A model generated the notes under the pieces. The model saw only the letters and a program-made list of their open reading frames with translations. It was not told where the DNA came from and did no database searches. A program made the position numbers and the translations under genes. DNA of 64,000 nucleotides from a virus, in the IMG/VR virus record IMGVR_UViG_3300032213_002833, positions 6,528 through 70,527 of that record; one strand, given 5' to 3'. Positions 1 to 10,089 of this stretch are shown here, piece by piece (position 1 is the stretch's first letter; each line of letters opens with the position of its first letter).

Positions 1-3000
1 ATTTAGTTCAGGAACTATATATTCAGGAGTAATAATATAAGGTCCTACTGAGTTGATAGGTTTAAATCCTTCAAATACAATTTGTGAAGCATCATCAACA
101 TATCTTCTAATTAAAAAGTGATCTAAATTAAATACTGAGGAGCTAGCACTAACAGGAAGATCAGCATTAAAATGGACTTCAATTGATCCAGTTTGAGTAA
201 TTCTGGCTGATCCACTATCGGCAGGTCCAAATATTTTTCCTACTTGATAAGTAAAATCTTCTCTTCCTTCAAATCTAAATTCATCAGCATATTTTATAGA
301 CCAAGGTAATGCTATAGAATTAAAACCAGATCCAGAGATATCAATTTGTCTAACATTTGAATCATATAATTCAACTAAAGTTTGGTTTGATGATGTTATA
401 ACATATGGATAATTTGTGGTATCAACATATCCCCAAATAGAATTAATTCCGGAAGATGTTATTGGTTGAGTGTATAATGGGTATTGAGTTACTTTTAAAT
501 AAGAATTAGGTGGGTTTATTATAGAAGTAAGGGAAGTGGTTGGAATTCCAGTGTCATAATTATACCATGTCACATATACGTTATAAATATCATTAGCATT
601 AAGTTGAGAGGTATTTACTGTTATTTGTAAATTTATATTTCCTGTTGCTATCTCATATTCAACAGATCCTACTTCAGTATTAGTAGTAGTATTTTTTATA
701 ATGATTTTATAAATAATTCCACTAGATGGGGAATTACCTGTTATAGTATATGTTTGAACATTTAATTGGGTTTCAAAAGTTAAATTAATACCATCCTGTA
801 GAGCATTTAGGGGAACCTGGTATCCGGAAGAAGCTAGATATGAACCACCATATATTGCTGTATTAAAGTTTATTAAATATTCAGTTTCAGGAGAAGGGAG
901 GTTTTGTGATGATTTTCTAAATAATGCTGTATAATTTCCAACAGCTCCTACATCAGAAGGAATAATGTCTTCAAAACTCATTGTAGTATTCCATTGTGCA
1001 CCTGGGGTACTTCCTGATTGGGTGTATAAGATAGGTTCAAGTCGGGCTCCTCCTCTAATTACTTTTCTATATTCTGTTGCTTCTCCACTTCCAGGAATAG
1101 TTGAGTTAATTTTAAATCTTTCTCCTGTAATAAATGTTCCTTGATTTGTTTGGAGTGAATTAGGGGATAAATTTGGAGTAACTATATTTCCTGTTTCATC
1201 TATTAAATATTTAATTTGAAAAGAAGAAGCATTCATTTTTTCGGGTGCCCAACTTCCTCCCATTTCACCATATGCTACATATGATTTTAAGTTTTCAGCA
1301 GTTGGAATTTTACCAAACGTACCTGTATCACCTTTAGTCCATTTATTTATTTTTTGAGATGTTGATTTTGACCCTTTATAACGTGGAATTATATTGCGTT
1401 TTAAAGTGTAATTTGAGTCTTGAACTGCGGCTTTTTGAGCATTATCGTTTATTATTTGAGTAAAATTTGTTGGGGTTAGTAGATTTGTAACATAATCTAC
1501 TTTTTGGAAGTTTTGACTTAAACGATTATCTTCAACATTATTTAATAATGCATTTTCATCACTATTGTAAAAATTAGGAAATGTAACATAAGGTTCAAAA
1601 ATAACAACAGGATCACAACTTGAAGTAATTACTGCTCTACTTTGGGTTACTTCAAATATTCCACTTACAATATCTACAAATCCACTATAATATGAACCCC
1701 TTGTAAGTTTTAAATAGTATTGATCACCTTGAATAGGGTAAACTGAGGAGGAAAGGGAAGAATAAGTTAATGTATTTAAATCGTGAAATTTTGAAGATAA
1801 AGAAGATTCAACTCCATTTCGTAATTGAGTTAAACTTACTTTTCCAAATATTGGAATACTACCACTAGTGGAAAGAGAAGCAGTAATTGAAATAGGTGTA
1901 TTTGGTGTATTTCCAAAAGTTAATATCCCAGAGGATGTATCAAAATATGATAAAGTATCTCCAAATTCTACATTCCAACTATCAATTATCATTTGATTTC
2001 TTCCTGGGGGGAATTGGTAGGAATTACTTAAAAGAGAAAGAGTATAATAATCTAATACTTGATTTGGAAGAGAAGATGAATTATAAAATTTAGTTGTTCC
2101 GTATAAATAATAAGTGGATTTTTCATTTAATAATTCTAAATCATACTCAGTATATGAACTTGAAATTGAGTTATATATTAAAACTTTATTTAAATTTTCT
2201 AGGGCAACATTATTTTCACTTCCACTACAATCTACTTTAGCTATTTTTAAATATTTGGTTGCATAAAAAGAAATAGTAATTGGAGGAGATGGTGGAAAAA
2301 GTGGAATAACTGTTGAAGTTTTTTTATTAAAAAATAAAATTTCTCCACTTTTAGGAGCAGTTTTTGAATTTAAAAAATTATTTTCAAATATTGAATCTTC
2401 AACAGATGAAGTACCATAATAATGTACTTGTTTGTAATTAAAAGATTGAATATTTAATGGGTAAGGTTCATTTAATACTCCATTAGATACTATTATAGTA
2501 GATCCACTATATTCACCGTTGTAAAACTCGTCTTGATCATCATGCAACATTAATACTGTACCTAAAGGAGTATCAAATGTTTCGTTCCAACTTTGAGAAG
2601 TGTTATTAAGATAGTTAAATGGATTTACTACTCCACCAGCACCACCTTCAAAGTGTTCTACTGTTCCTGGTTCATAGTCGTTCCATTGAGGTTTTAAAGT
2701 ACCTGAAATGTCTAAATCTTCCCATTCCATTTGTGGTTGAGGGTATTTGTTTCTTTCAAGTAAATGTTGTTTTATAATAATTCCAGAGGCAAGACTTGTA
2801 CGTGCAGGTACAAAATCTCTAATCATTTTAAATAATGAATTATCGAAAAATTTAATTAAACGTATAAAATCTGTTAAATTGTAATTTTTAGTATATTTTT
2901 CAAAATAATCATTTCTTAATCTATCTAAATCAGGATATGTGTTATATAAATCAAATCTTTGTCTAGGATCACCTATATATTCTCCTATGTTAAAATACCC

Positions 3001-5904
3001 TAATTGGTCAACAATATCTTCATTTATTTCATTTGTAGGTGAAAAAGCTACCTCTAAATAATTAATATTTTGAGTATAACTTTGAGATACATTTGCCATT
3101 TGAGATAAAGCCATAAATGGTGATAAAGTATCTCCTTCAGGCATTACGTTATTTTCTATTCTAATTTTATCAGAAATAGTGTTTCTAATTCCAGCTACAG
3201 GTTGATCTGCAAATGTATATTCTCTATTAGGAATAAAATTAGGTGTAGCATCGTAATAAAAATCACTATCAGAAGCAAATGAGTGGGTTGTTATCCAAGA
3301 ACCTGTTACTTTAGGATGAATTGAAATTGGTGCTATATATTGTTCTCCTCCAACTGAGGCTCTAAAAGCTAATTCATTTGGAGCACTATTTAATGAATTT
3401 CCCTCAATTGAATGAGGATTCATTGTATAATCTACAAAAACATTTTCATTGATAGGAACAGTATAGTATCTAATTTCTTGATATGATCCTGAAAATGGTA
3501 TATAAGAGCCAAAAAGAGATCCAGTTCCATCATATATATCAACATCATATGATGCTATGTCATATCCTGTAAAATTAAGGGCTGAAAAACTAACTGGGAA
3601 ATAACTAGTAAAAGTATTATTCCAATTAGGGGAAGTAAAGGTTACAGAACTAGATTCTTTAAATCCTAATATAGTTCCATTATCTCCTCCTTCATATATT
3701 TTATTTTGAGAATATAATGTGTAAGTATCAGAATTTTTAGTAACCATTACTGACCACCACCCACCATCATAAAATGGTAAGTAAACACTAGCGGTTTGAG
3801 TTGAAACACTAGTATCTGGGAAAAAGGTTAAATGAGCGTACTGATAATATGGATCAATTATTGAACCTGAATGTGAACCACTAATATAAGCAGATCCAGT
3901 GTATGTTAAAGTAACAGCACTACCTCCATCTCCATACCATAAACTTTGAGAATAAGGGATATTTGTTTGAGATAACCCTTCAGTTTTAAATCTAAACATT
4001 AGGGTAGCAGGAACATCATTTGGAGCATTCCAAGAAGTATTTAAACTCCAAGAAGATGAAATAAAATTACTTCCTGAGGTATTGAAGGCATAATTAAATT
4101 CATTTTGCCAGTAATCCCAATCGTTTGTGTTTACTTTATCTTTACCACCATATTCATTAATTCTTAATATAGTATCAGGAACACCATATGAAGTGATTAA
4201 AGCGCGTAAACCAGGTAAAGTACCTTTTGTTTTAAGTAGATATGGTATGTTGTGGTAAATGCGTTTATATAACGATTTATTTACATCATCTAACGGTATA
4301 TAATTGTTAGATGCTGAAATTAAAACATCAACATATTCAAATCCAGAAGGTGTAGGTAAAGATCCTGTTATGTTTGGAAAAGGGAATAAACCACCTTCAG
4401 GAGTTAAACCTAAAAATGCTGTATATAAATCTTCATTTGAAAAATTATTTTGATATAATTTAACACCAAAATCACGAATTGCATCAGCAACTATATCATT
4501 TGAGATACCGTAATATAAACGATTGTCAGCATTATATTTATTGGTTATATCTTTATAATAAATCCAAATGTTATCATAATGTTGGCCAACCATACTAACA
4601 AATAACTCATATGGTTCATTATCTGAGTCATCTCTTAAATATTCTGGGATGGAAAATAACAGATTATCTTTATTATTGTTATCATATGTTGAAGCTGAGA
4701 GGATTATTCCTCCGTAAATTGGGCTGTTTTCGTTTAAACTTCCAAACCAAGAATTTACTTGGGTACTTCCTATTTTAGCTAATTCATATGGTTGTACTGA
4801 TGTTGTTTTAGGCCAAGCATATTGACTATTATCATAGTATAAGAAATACTCATAACCATCAAAATTGGTTATTAAATTGTTTATCTTAGCTTCATATACT
4901 GCTTTACTACTACTTATTTCAGTAGGGGATGAAGTTGTTGAATTTAGTAAAGCTATAGAAGAAGAATATTGTTCTATTAAATCTACTTTATAATAAAAAT
5001 TTTCTAAACGGGTTTGAGCCGAACTAAAATGAATAAAATTTGAAAAATTTGTATAATCTACATTTATATCAATTTCTTTTTCTTCAAGTAAACTATTAAT
5101 TTGATTAACAGAACTAGTTAAAGAAGTTGAAATTAAATCTGAAAATGATAAAGGTAAAGTAGAATTATTAATTTGGTCTTTTAGTGGTAAATTAAAATTA
5201 GGTCCTCCTATTTGAATTGAATCTACTACTTGGATAGGCTCATCTTGAAAATCTACTTGATATGCTAATGGATCTTCTAAAAATGTTGTTATATATAATG
5301 TACTATTTACATTAAAATTAAAAGGAAGAGGTTCATATAATTTAACTAATATAGTAGGATTATTAATATCCTGGTCATCTAGTTGGATATTATTAGCTAT
5401 AATATATTGATTGTCTCCAAACCCTAAATAAAAATCAATAAAGTAAGGAGAATTTTCTCTTTCTCGAACAAAAAGAGTAGTTTGTTCTATTATTCCTAAT
5501 AGATCTAATTCTGTACTATCTAATCTTAATTCTGTTCTATCTGAACTAATTTCAGAGATAAATAAAGAATTTGGGGTAGTACCTATTTTAGGGGTTAAAA
5601 AGTTATAATATGTTATATATTGACCAATATTATATCCTCTATCAAAAAGACTTTTTTCAGGGTCTAATATTAAATTAGATATTACTCCTGGTTGGTTGTT
5701 AAAATTTGTTGGGAGGGTATATTCTTTAAAATCAAAAACAGAAGTTAATACATTTTTATTAACATCTAAAACTATAAATTCAATTTTACTATTAGTACCT
5801 AAAAATGTATCTAAACTAAATTGAGGTATTAAACTTACCTGTGAAGATTGGTAGGTTTGAAGTTGAAATGAGTTTGGGTCAATTTGGGTTATTATGGTTG
5901 CCAT
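1..5904 (-). CDS. Very large (>1968 aa) putative virion structural protein (tail/baseplate-associated), truncated at the window edge
   Basis: ATG at 5904 (MATIITQIDPNSFQLQ...). The same frame reads ...PYIITPEYIVPELN at position 1. The ORF track lists no complete minus-strand ORF here, consistent with a frame running off the edge. S/T/N-rich and next to baseplate genes. Confidence 0.75.
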   Translation of the reverse strand, partial: MATIITQIDPNSFQLQTYQSSQVSLIPQFSLDTFLGTNSKIEFIVLDVNKNVLTSVFDFKEYTLPTNFNNQPGVISNLILDPEKSLFDRGYNIGQYITYYNFLTPKIGTTPNSLFISEISSDRTELRLDSTELDLLGIIEQTTLFVRERENSPYFIDFYLGFGDNQYIIANNIQLDDQDINNPTILVKLYEPLPFNFNVNSTLYITTFLEDPLAYQVDFQDEPIQVVDSIQIGGPNFNLPLKDQINNSTLPLSFSDLISTSLTSSVNQINSLLEEKEIDINVDYTNFSNFIHFSSAQTRLENFYYKVDLIEQYSSSIALLNSTTSSPTEISSSKAVYEAKINNLITNFDGYEYFLYYDNSQYAWPKTTSVQPYELAKIGSTQVNSWFGSLNENSPIYGGIILSASTYDNNNKDNLLFSIPEYLRDDSDNEPYELFVSMVGQHYDNIWIYYKDITNKYNADNRLYYGISNDIVADAIRDFGVKLYQNNFSNEDLYTAFLGLTPEGGLFPFPNITGSLPTPSGFEYVDVLISASNNYIPLDDVNKSLYKRIYHNIPYLLKTKGTLPGLRALITSYGVPDTILRINEYGGKDKVNTNDWDYWQNEFNYAFNTSGSNFISSSWSLNTSWNAPNDVPATLMFRFKTEGLSQTNIPYSQSLWYGDGGSAVTLTYTGSAYISGSHSGSIIDPYYQYAHLTFFPDTSVSTQTASVYLPFYDGGWWSVMVTKNSDTYTLYSQNKIYEGGDNGTILGFKESSSVTFTSPNWNNTFTSYFPVSFSALNFTGYDIASYDVDIYDGTGSLFGSYIPFSGSYQEIRYYTVPINENVFVDYTMNPHSIEGNSLNSAPNELAFRASVGGEQYIAPISIHPKVTGSWITTHSFASDSDFYYDATPNFIPNREYTFADQPVAGIRNTISDKIRIENNVMPEGDTLSPFMALSQMANVSQSYTQNINYLEVAFSPTNEINEDIVDQLGYFNIGEYIGDPRQRFDLYNTYPDLDRLRNDYFEKYTKNYNLTDFIRLIKFFDNSLFKMIRDFVPARTSLASGIIIKQHLLERNKYPQPQMEWEDLDISGTLKPQWNDYEPGTVEHFEGGAGGVVNPFNYLNNTSQSWNETFDTPLGTVLMLHDDQDEFYNGEYSGSTIIVSNGVLNEPYPLNIQSFNYKQVHYYGTSSVEDSIFENNFLNSKTAPKSGEILFFNKKTSTVIPLFPPSPPITISFYATKYLKIAKVDCSGSENNVALENLNKVLIYNSISSSYTEYDLELLNEKSTYYLYGTTKFYNSSSLPNQVLDYYTLSLLSNSYQFPPGRNQMIIDSWNVEFGDTLSYFDTSSGILTFGNTPNTPISITASLSTSGSIPIFGKVSLTQLRNGVESSLSSKFHDLNTLTYSSLSSSVYPIQGDQYYLKLTRGSYYSGFVDIVSGIFEVTQSRAVITSSCDPVVIFEPYVTFPNFYNSDENALLNNVEDNRLSQNFQKVDYVTNLLTPTNFTQIINDNAQKAAVQDSNYTLKRNIIPRYKGSKSTSQKINKWTKGDTGTFGKIPTAENLKSYVAYGEMGGSWAPEKMNASSFQIKYLIDETGNIVTPNLSPNSLQTNQGTFITGERFKINSTIPGSGEATEYRKVIRGGARLEPILYTQSGSTPGAQWNTTMSFEDIIPSDVGAVGNYTALFRKSSQNLPSPETEYLINFNTAIYGGSYLASSGYQVPLNALQDGINLTFETQLNVQTYTITGNSPSSGIIYKIIIKNTTTNTEVGSVEYEIATGNINLQITVNTSQLNANDIYNVYVTWYNYDTGIPTTSLTSIINPPNSYLKVTQYPLYTQPITSSGINSIWGYVDTTNYPYVITSSNQTLVELYDSNVRQIDISGSGFNSIALPWSIKYADEFRFEGREDFTYQVGKIFGPADSGSARITQTGSIEVHFNADLPVSASSSVFNLDHFLIRRYVDDASQIVFEGFKPINSVGPYIITPEYIVPELN

Positions 5905-5907
5905 TTA

Positions 5908-6267
5908 TTAAAAAATAGATGAGGTAACTCCTGTTTGTAATTGGATAACTTGTTTTTGAGAATCTAATAGTTCAATTCTTAATTGAGCTATTTCCTCTTG
6001 TAAAAGTGTAATTTCTTCTAAATTAGAAGAAAAATTAATATATTCACTGCTTTTTTTAATTAAAAATTCATGCGAATTAGATTCTCCAAATTCAGGAATA
6101 ACATAAAATAAATTATTGTAAAGATCAAAAAAATCTTCAATAGTTGGTTGAGTTTGGATTTGTTGTTGGATTGGTTGAATTCCTAATTGAGTAAATGAAG
6201 TATTTATTACTTTAGAGTAATCTTCTTTACTATAAAAAATTTTATTAAACTTTACATTTTCACTCAT
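5908..6267 (-). CDS. hypothetical protein, C-terminal coiled coil, structural module
   Basis: 119-aa ORF, start overlaps the upstream stop codon. Confidence 0.7.
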   Translation of the reverse strand: MSENVKFNKIFYSKEDYSKVINTSFTQLGIQPIQQQIQTQPTIEDFFDLYNNLFYVIPEFGESNSHEFLIKKSSEYINFSSNLEEITLLQEEIAQLRIELLDSQKQVIQLQTGVTSSIF

Positions 6268-7445
6268 TAGTTAATAACTTTAAAATAATAATCATCATCA
6301 AAAATTAATGTAGAACCTCCAATTATAGTTTTAATTAAAATTTTATAATACCTTTCAGGTTCTAATCCACTCATATAAATGTCAAAATAATTCCCATTAT
6401 TATCAGCACTAATTTGAGTATATTGTTCATCAAAGTTAATAACAAATTCATTGGTAGCCAAGTCTTTTACAGCATAATATGAAGAAGTTGGTAAATAATT
6501 TAAATTGGTAAATAATGAAGATGTTTGATATACTCTAGTAGGGTATAAAGGGCTTACATTAACATAAAATCTGTTTACACTATCTGGGAAGAATGACTCT
6601 GGGTTTTCAGATAGGGAGAGTTTTAAATTTGGGGTACTTACTATTGAAGATGATGATAAAGGGATTGAAGTATAATCTCTCCATCTAAATTCTAATTGTG
6701 GGGGGTATATTGTATTTGTATCAACACTATAATATTTTAAAGTAGGTTGAACATATTGGCTAGGATTAAATTCTTGAGAACCTGTTAATTTAACTATAAA
6801 TCCATAATTAGGAATATCACTATTATACCAAGCATCTACTATGCTATTTACATTAGCTTCAATGTCTTTTCTATCTCTAAGGCTAAAAGAACTAAATGAT
6901 CCTGAAAGGGGGTAAATAGAAAAAACATAATCTTCCTCTACATATCCTATTAATACATAAAATGATCCTGAGTTATCTAGGAACCAATTTCCTCCTCCAG
7001 GCATAGAGTAGGTAGGATTATATGAACTAGTATAAGAATAAGGTCCTATACTACCACTTAATGACCATTGAGAAGAACTTGAAAATAAAGAATATCCCCA
7101 AGAAGCACCATCTGAAACTTGAGGGGAGTCTAAATAATGACCTGTTCCATTATTCCATGATTGGGCTAAAGGTAAAATTTCTAAAAAAGTATTTTGATTG
7201 ATTCCTTGTGCAGTAGCAATAAAATTCTTTAAAAATATATCATATTGACTTCCAGATATTTTATTTTCTATAATATCTTGAATTTCATTTTGATCAAATT
7301 GAGTTAAAAACCTTGAAACTCCTGGGTTGCCATCTATTCCTAGAGTATTAGAGGCTTCACATATAGCATCTAATCCTGTATTCATTAAAGGGTAACTAGA
7401 ATATAAGGTAGTGTCCTGGGTAGGGAATATTTTATAAACGGCCAT
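6267..7445 (-). CDS. putative virion structural protein, possibly DNRLRE-like beta domain
   Basis: 392 aa; 'IFPTQDTTLYS', 'SWNNGTG', 'NYGFIVK', 'YPPQLEFRW' resemble DNRLRE-type domains; baseplate context. Confidence 0.55.
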   Translation of the reverse strand: MAVYKIFPTQDTTLYSSYPLMNTGLDAICEASNTLGIDGNPGVSRFLTQFDQNEIQDIIENKISGSQYDIFLKNFIATAQGINQNTFLEILPLAQSWNNGTGHYLDSPQVSDGASWGYSLFSSSSQWSLSGSIGPYSYTSSYNPTYSMPGGGNWFLDNSGSFYVLIGYVEEDYVFSIYPLSGSFSSFSLRDRKDIEANVNSIVDAWYNSDIPNYGFIVKLTGSQEFNPSQYVQPTLKYYSVDTNTIYPPQLEFRWRDYTSIPLSSSSIVSTPNLKLSLSENPESFFPDSVNRFYVNVSPLYPTRVYQTSSLFTNLNYLPTSSYYAVKDLATNEFVINFDEQYTQISADNNGNYFDIYMSGLEPERYYKILIKTIIGGSTLIFDDDYYFKVIN

Positions 7446-7458
7446 TTATAATGTTTTA

Positions 7459-7469
7459 TTATAAATATG
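7459..7469 (-). promoter_or_regulatory. putative late promoter motif ATATTTATA (one example; recurs)
   Basis: + strand ataaatat just upstream of minus-strand starts near 7459, 10077, 14769, 19051, 19313, 39579, 40774, 40877, 41514, 57168, 59193, 60724, 62095. Confidence 0.55.
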
Positions 7470-7472
7470 GTA

Positions 7473-9317
7473 TTATAAAGGAACTACTTTGCCTTTTATG
7501 TCAGTATTAGGGTATCTTAATTCAAAAATACTAGGATCTAATGATGGATATATTACTTGATTTTGAGTAGCAGAAGATATATCATAAGCATATTGAGAAT
7601 ATCCTGTAATTGTTCCAGCTTTATTGGTTATAGAAATATCTTTTACTGTTTGAACTCCTTTAACTTTATCTAAAAGTACATAAAGATCTCTAATCAAAAT
7701 AGGTTGATTAATTTGCCATTTAGATATATTAAAATAATCTTTTAATGCATTTATACAAGATAATAAAACCTCATTATTATTAAATTCAGGTAAAACAATA
7801 ATTGAAAAATCAACAGCGATATTAATTATATAAGCATCTCTAATTTCAATATTATCTCCAATCATTCTATATTGAGATAAATAAGTTCTTAAATTATTCT
7901 TTAATGTTATATTAGCATAATCTAATTGACCTTGAAAATTTTGAGATAAAACGTATAAATTTAAAGTTTCAATTGTTGATACTTGATTATCTGTTAATTT
8001 AGGTTGTTCAATATGGGCTTTAGTAATTGAACCATAATTTGAAGGCATACTTAAAGCTCTAATAAGATAATCATCTGCTGTAACTGAACGTTTTTGGGAT
8101 GATATTAGGGCTAGAGTGTTTTGTCTTATTTCTTCTAATGTGTCTCCGGTTTTTCCTCCAGAAGCAGCAAGTGGGTTTGTTGCTGCTAAAGAATTAAAAA
8201 TATAATTACCTGTGGTTGTATTTAAATTAAATGAATTAAACACAACATTTTCGGTTAAAATATTTGTTAATGTATTTGATTGGATATTTGATGTTACTCC
8301 TCCACCTACTAAATATCTTACAGTTAAAGTTGTATTTGAAGGAGAAATACCATATGTGTTAGTATATAAAAAATTAACAGGTGAATAAGCTGTTGTTAAT
8401 TTATCTTTTAAAAAAGGTAATCCAATTCCAACATTGTTTGGATTTGGAGTTATTTGTTCATCAATATCATTTGGAGAACCTGCACCAAACTGTATTTGAA
8501 GGTTTTGTTGGGATGTAAAACGAGTAGCAAATCTTCTTTGAACTTTTTTTAATCTTAATAGATAAGGTACATCATCTACTTTATTTGGATCATTTATATT
8601 TGTGTTTTTAATTGAATCTAATACCATTTCTTGACCTAAATGATCTACTTCATACCATATATTTCCATCTGAGTCTGTTATATCTAATATTTTAATTATA
8701 TTATTGTCAGACAAATTTATAGTAGTAAATGGTTCAAAGTTATTAAAAGTAAAAGTTTGAGTATTAATAGTTGCTGAAATAGCATTTCTGGATTTTTTTA
8801 ATAAGAAATATTGTGGGGTGTTACCAGCTACTTGATATACAGAAACTTCGGTTGGATCTTGAGAGATTGATATAGAAAAATCAATTTTATCTTCTATAAT
8901 AAAAGATATATTTTCTTGAGTTGAAACTTGAGTATTTTCTTTAACAGTCATAGCATAATCGTAATCTGGGACTACTGATCCACTAACTGTTTTTCCTGGG
9001 AGTTGTTGGTAAAAATCAATGGTTGTTTGGGCAGCTGTTGTTACTTTTGGTTTATATCCAAACATGTATGCTAAATCAAATATATTATTATACTGTTGAG
9101 CATATTGAATAAAATTTTCTTGTAATTGATTATCCAAATAAAAACTTAAAACATCACCTACATATGCAGCTTGTTCCATAAACATCATACCAGGTGATGA
9201 TGGGGAAAAATCATTATATGTGTTTGGAAAATATGTTCTAGAATATTCTATTAATCGTTGTCTTAATTCAGAAAAATCACGATTAATATATTTTATATCT
9301 CTATTTGTGGGTGTCAT
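7473..9317 (-). CDS. baseplate wedge protein (T4 gp6 / baseplate J-like)
   Basis: 'YINRDFSELRQRL', 'AYVGDVLSFYLD', 'AYMFGYKP', 'ASGG...TLEEIR', 'RSVTADDY' are typical gp6-family motifs. Confidence 0.85.
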   Translation of the reverse strand: MTPTNRDIKYINRDFSELRQRLIEYSRTYFPNTYNDFSPSSPGMMFMEQAAYVGDVLSFYLDNQLQENFIQYAQQYNNIFDLAYMFGYKPKVTTAAQTTIDFYQQLPGKTVSGSVVPDYDYAMTVKENTQVSTQENISFIIEDKIDFSISISQDPTEVSVYQVAGNTPQYFLLKKSRNAISATINTQTFTFNNFEPFTTINLSDNNIIKILDITDSDGNIWYEVDHLGQEMVLDSIKNTNINDPNKVDDVPYLLRLKKVQRRFATRFTSQQNLQIQFGAGSPNDIDEQITPNPNNVGIGLPFLKDKLTTAYSPVNFLYTNTYGISPSNTTLTVRYLVGGGVTSNIQSNTLTNILTENVVFNSFNLNTTTGNYIFNSLAATNPLAASGGKTGDTLEEIRQNTLALISSQKRSVTADDYLIRALSMPSNYGSITKAHIEQPKLTDNQVSTIETLNLYVLSQNFQGQLDYANITLKNNLRTYLSQYRMIGDNIEIRDAYIINIAVDFSIIVLPEFNNNEVLLSCINALKDYFNISKWQINQPILIRDLYVLLDKVKGVQTVKDISITNKAGTITGYSQYAYDISSATQNQVIYPSLDPSIFELRYPNTDIKGKVVPL

Positions 9318-9724
9318 TATGTAAATTGAATTTCTAAATTATCAGTTATATTTGTGTTTATCACAGAATATTTCATTATTACTGTAATTTGATTTATATC
9401 ATCTTGGGTAGTAATGTCTAATTCTTCAACATTAACATTAGGAAAATAAAGATCTAATTTTAAAGAAATATCTTCTTTAAGGCTTTCTATATTATCTTCT
9501 GCTATTTGTTCAAAAATAAATTTTCTTAGTCCTCCACCAAAACTAGGATTTAAAAATCTTTCCCCAGGATTAGTTAAAAAAAAATTAATTAGATTATTTT
9601 TAATAGCATCTTTAGTTAAATAATTTGAAATAAATACTGCTGGGCCATTAAAAGGAAGATTTACCCCTACAGCAACGCTATTATCAAAGTCAATAGGATA
9701 TATTTGTTGGGGGTTAAAAGCCAT
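9317..9724 (-). CDS. baseplate wedge subunit, GPW/gp25 family
   Basis: 'AIKNNLINFFLTNPGERFLNPSFGGGLRKFIFE' gp25 signature. Confidence 0.88.
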   Translation of the reverse strand: MAFNPQQIYPIDFDNSVAVGVNLPFNGPAVFISNYLTKDAIKNNLINFFLTNPGERFLNPSFGGGLRKFIFEQIAEDNIESLKEDISLKLDLYFPNVNVEELDITTQDDINQITVIMKYSVINTNITDNLEIQFT

Positions 9725-10071
9725 TATTTAGTATTTAATAAACTCATAATTTGGTCCATTCCTACTTCACCTGCCCCTAAGTTACCATTTATAGGATCAG
9801 TTGATTGAGGTTTAAAAGATTGTTGAACATCGTTTGAAGTAAAACTTAAAGCTGTTTCTCCTAATACATCCATATATTTTGATCTCAAATCCATTGTAGG
9901 TGGAGTAAATGTTGGTTGAGAAGGTTGAATTGGGTTAGTTGTTGGAGCATATGATTCTCTAACAACTGTTTTTGGTGAGCGAACAGCTTCAAGTAAAATA
10001 TCTTTTAATTCTTCTTGAATTGCTTCTCTAACTGCTTCTTTAATTAATTTTTTTAATCCGTCGGTTTTCAT
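9724..10071 (-). CDS. hypothetical protein, possible virion protein
   Basis: 115 aa, N-terminus LKKLIKEAVREAIQEE; preceded by the ATATTTATA motif. Confidence 0.65.
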   Translation of the reverse strand: MKTDGLKKLIKEAVREAIQEELKDILLEAVRSPKTVVRESYAPTTNPIQPSQPTFTPPTMDLRSKYMDVLGETALSFTSNDVQQSFKPQSTDPINGNLGAGEVGMDQIMSLLNTK

Positions 10072-10089
10072 ATGTTTATAAATATAGGG

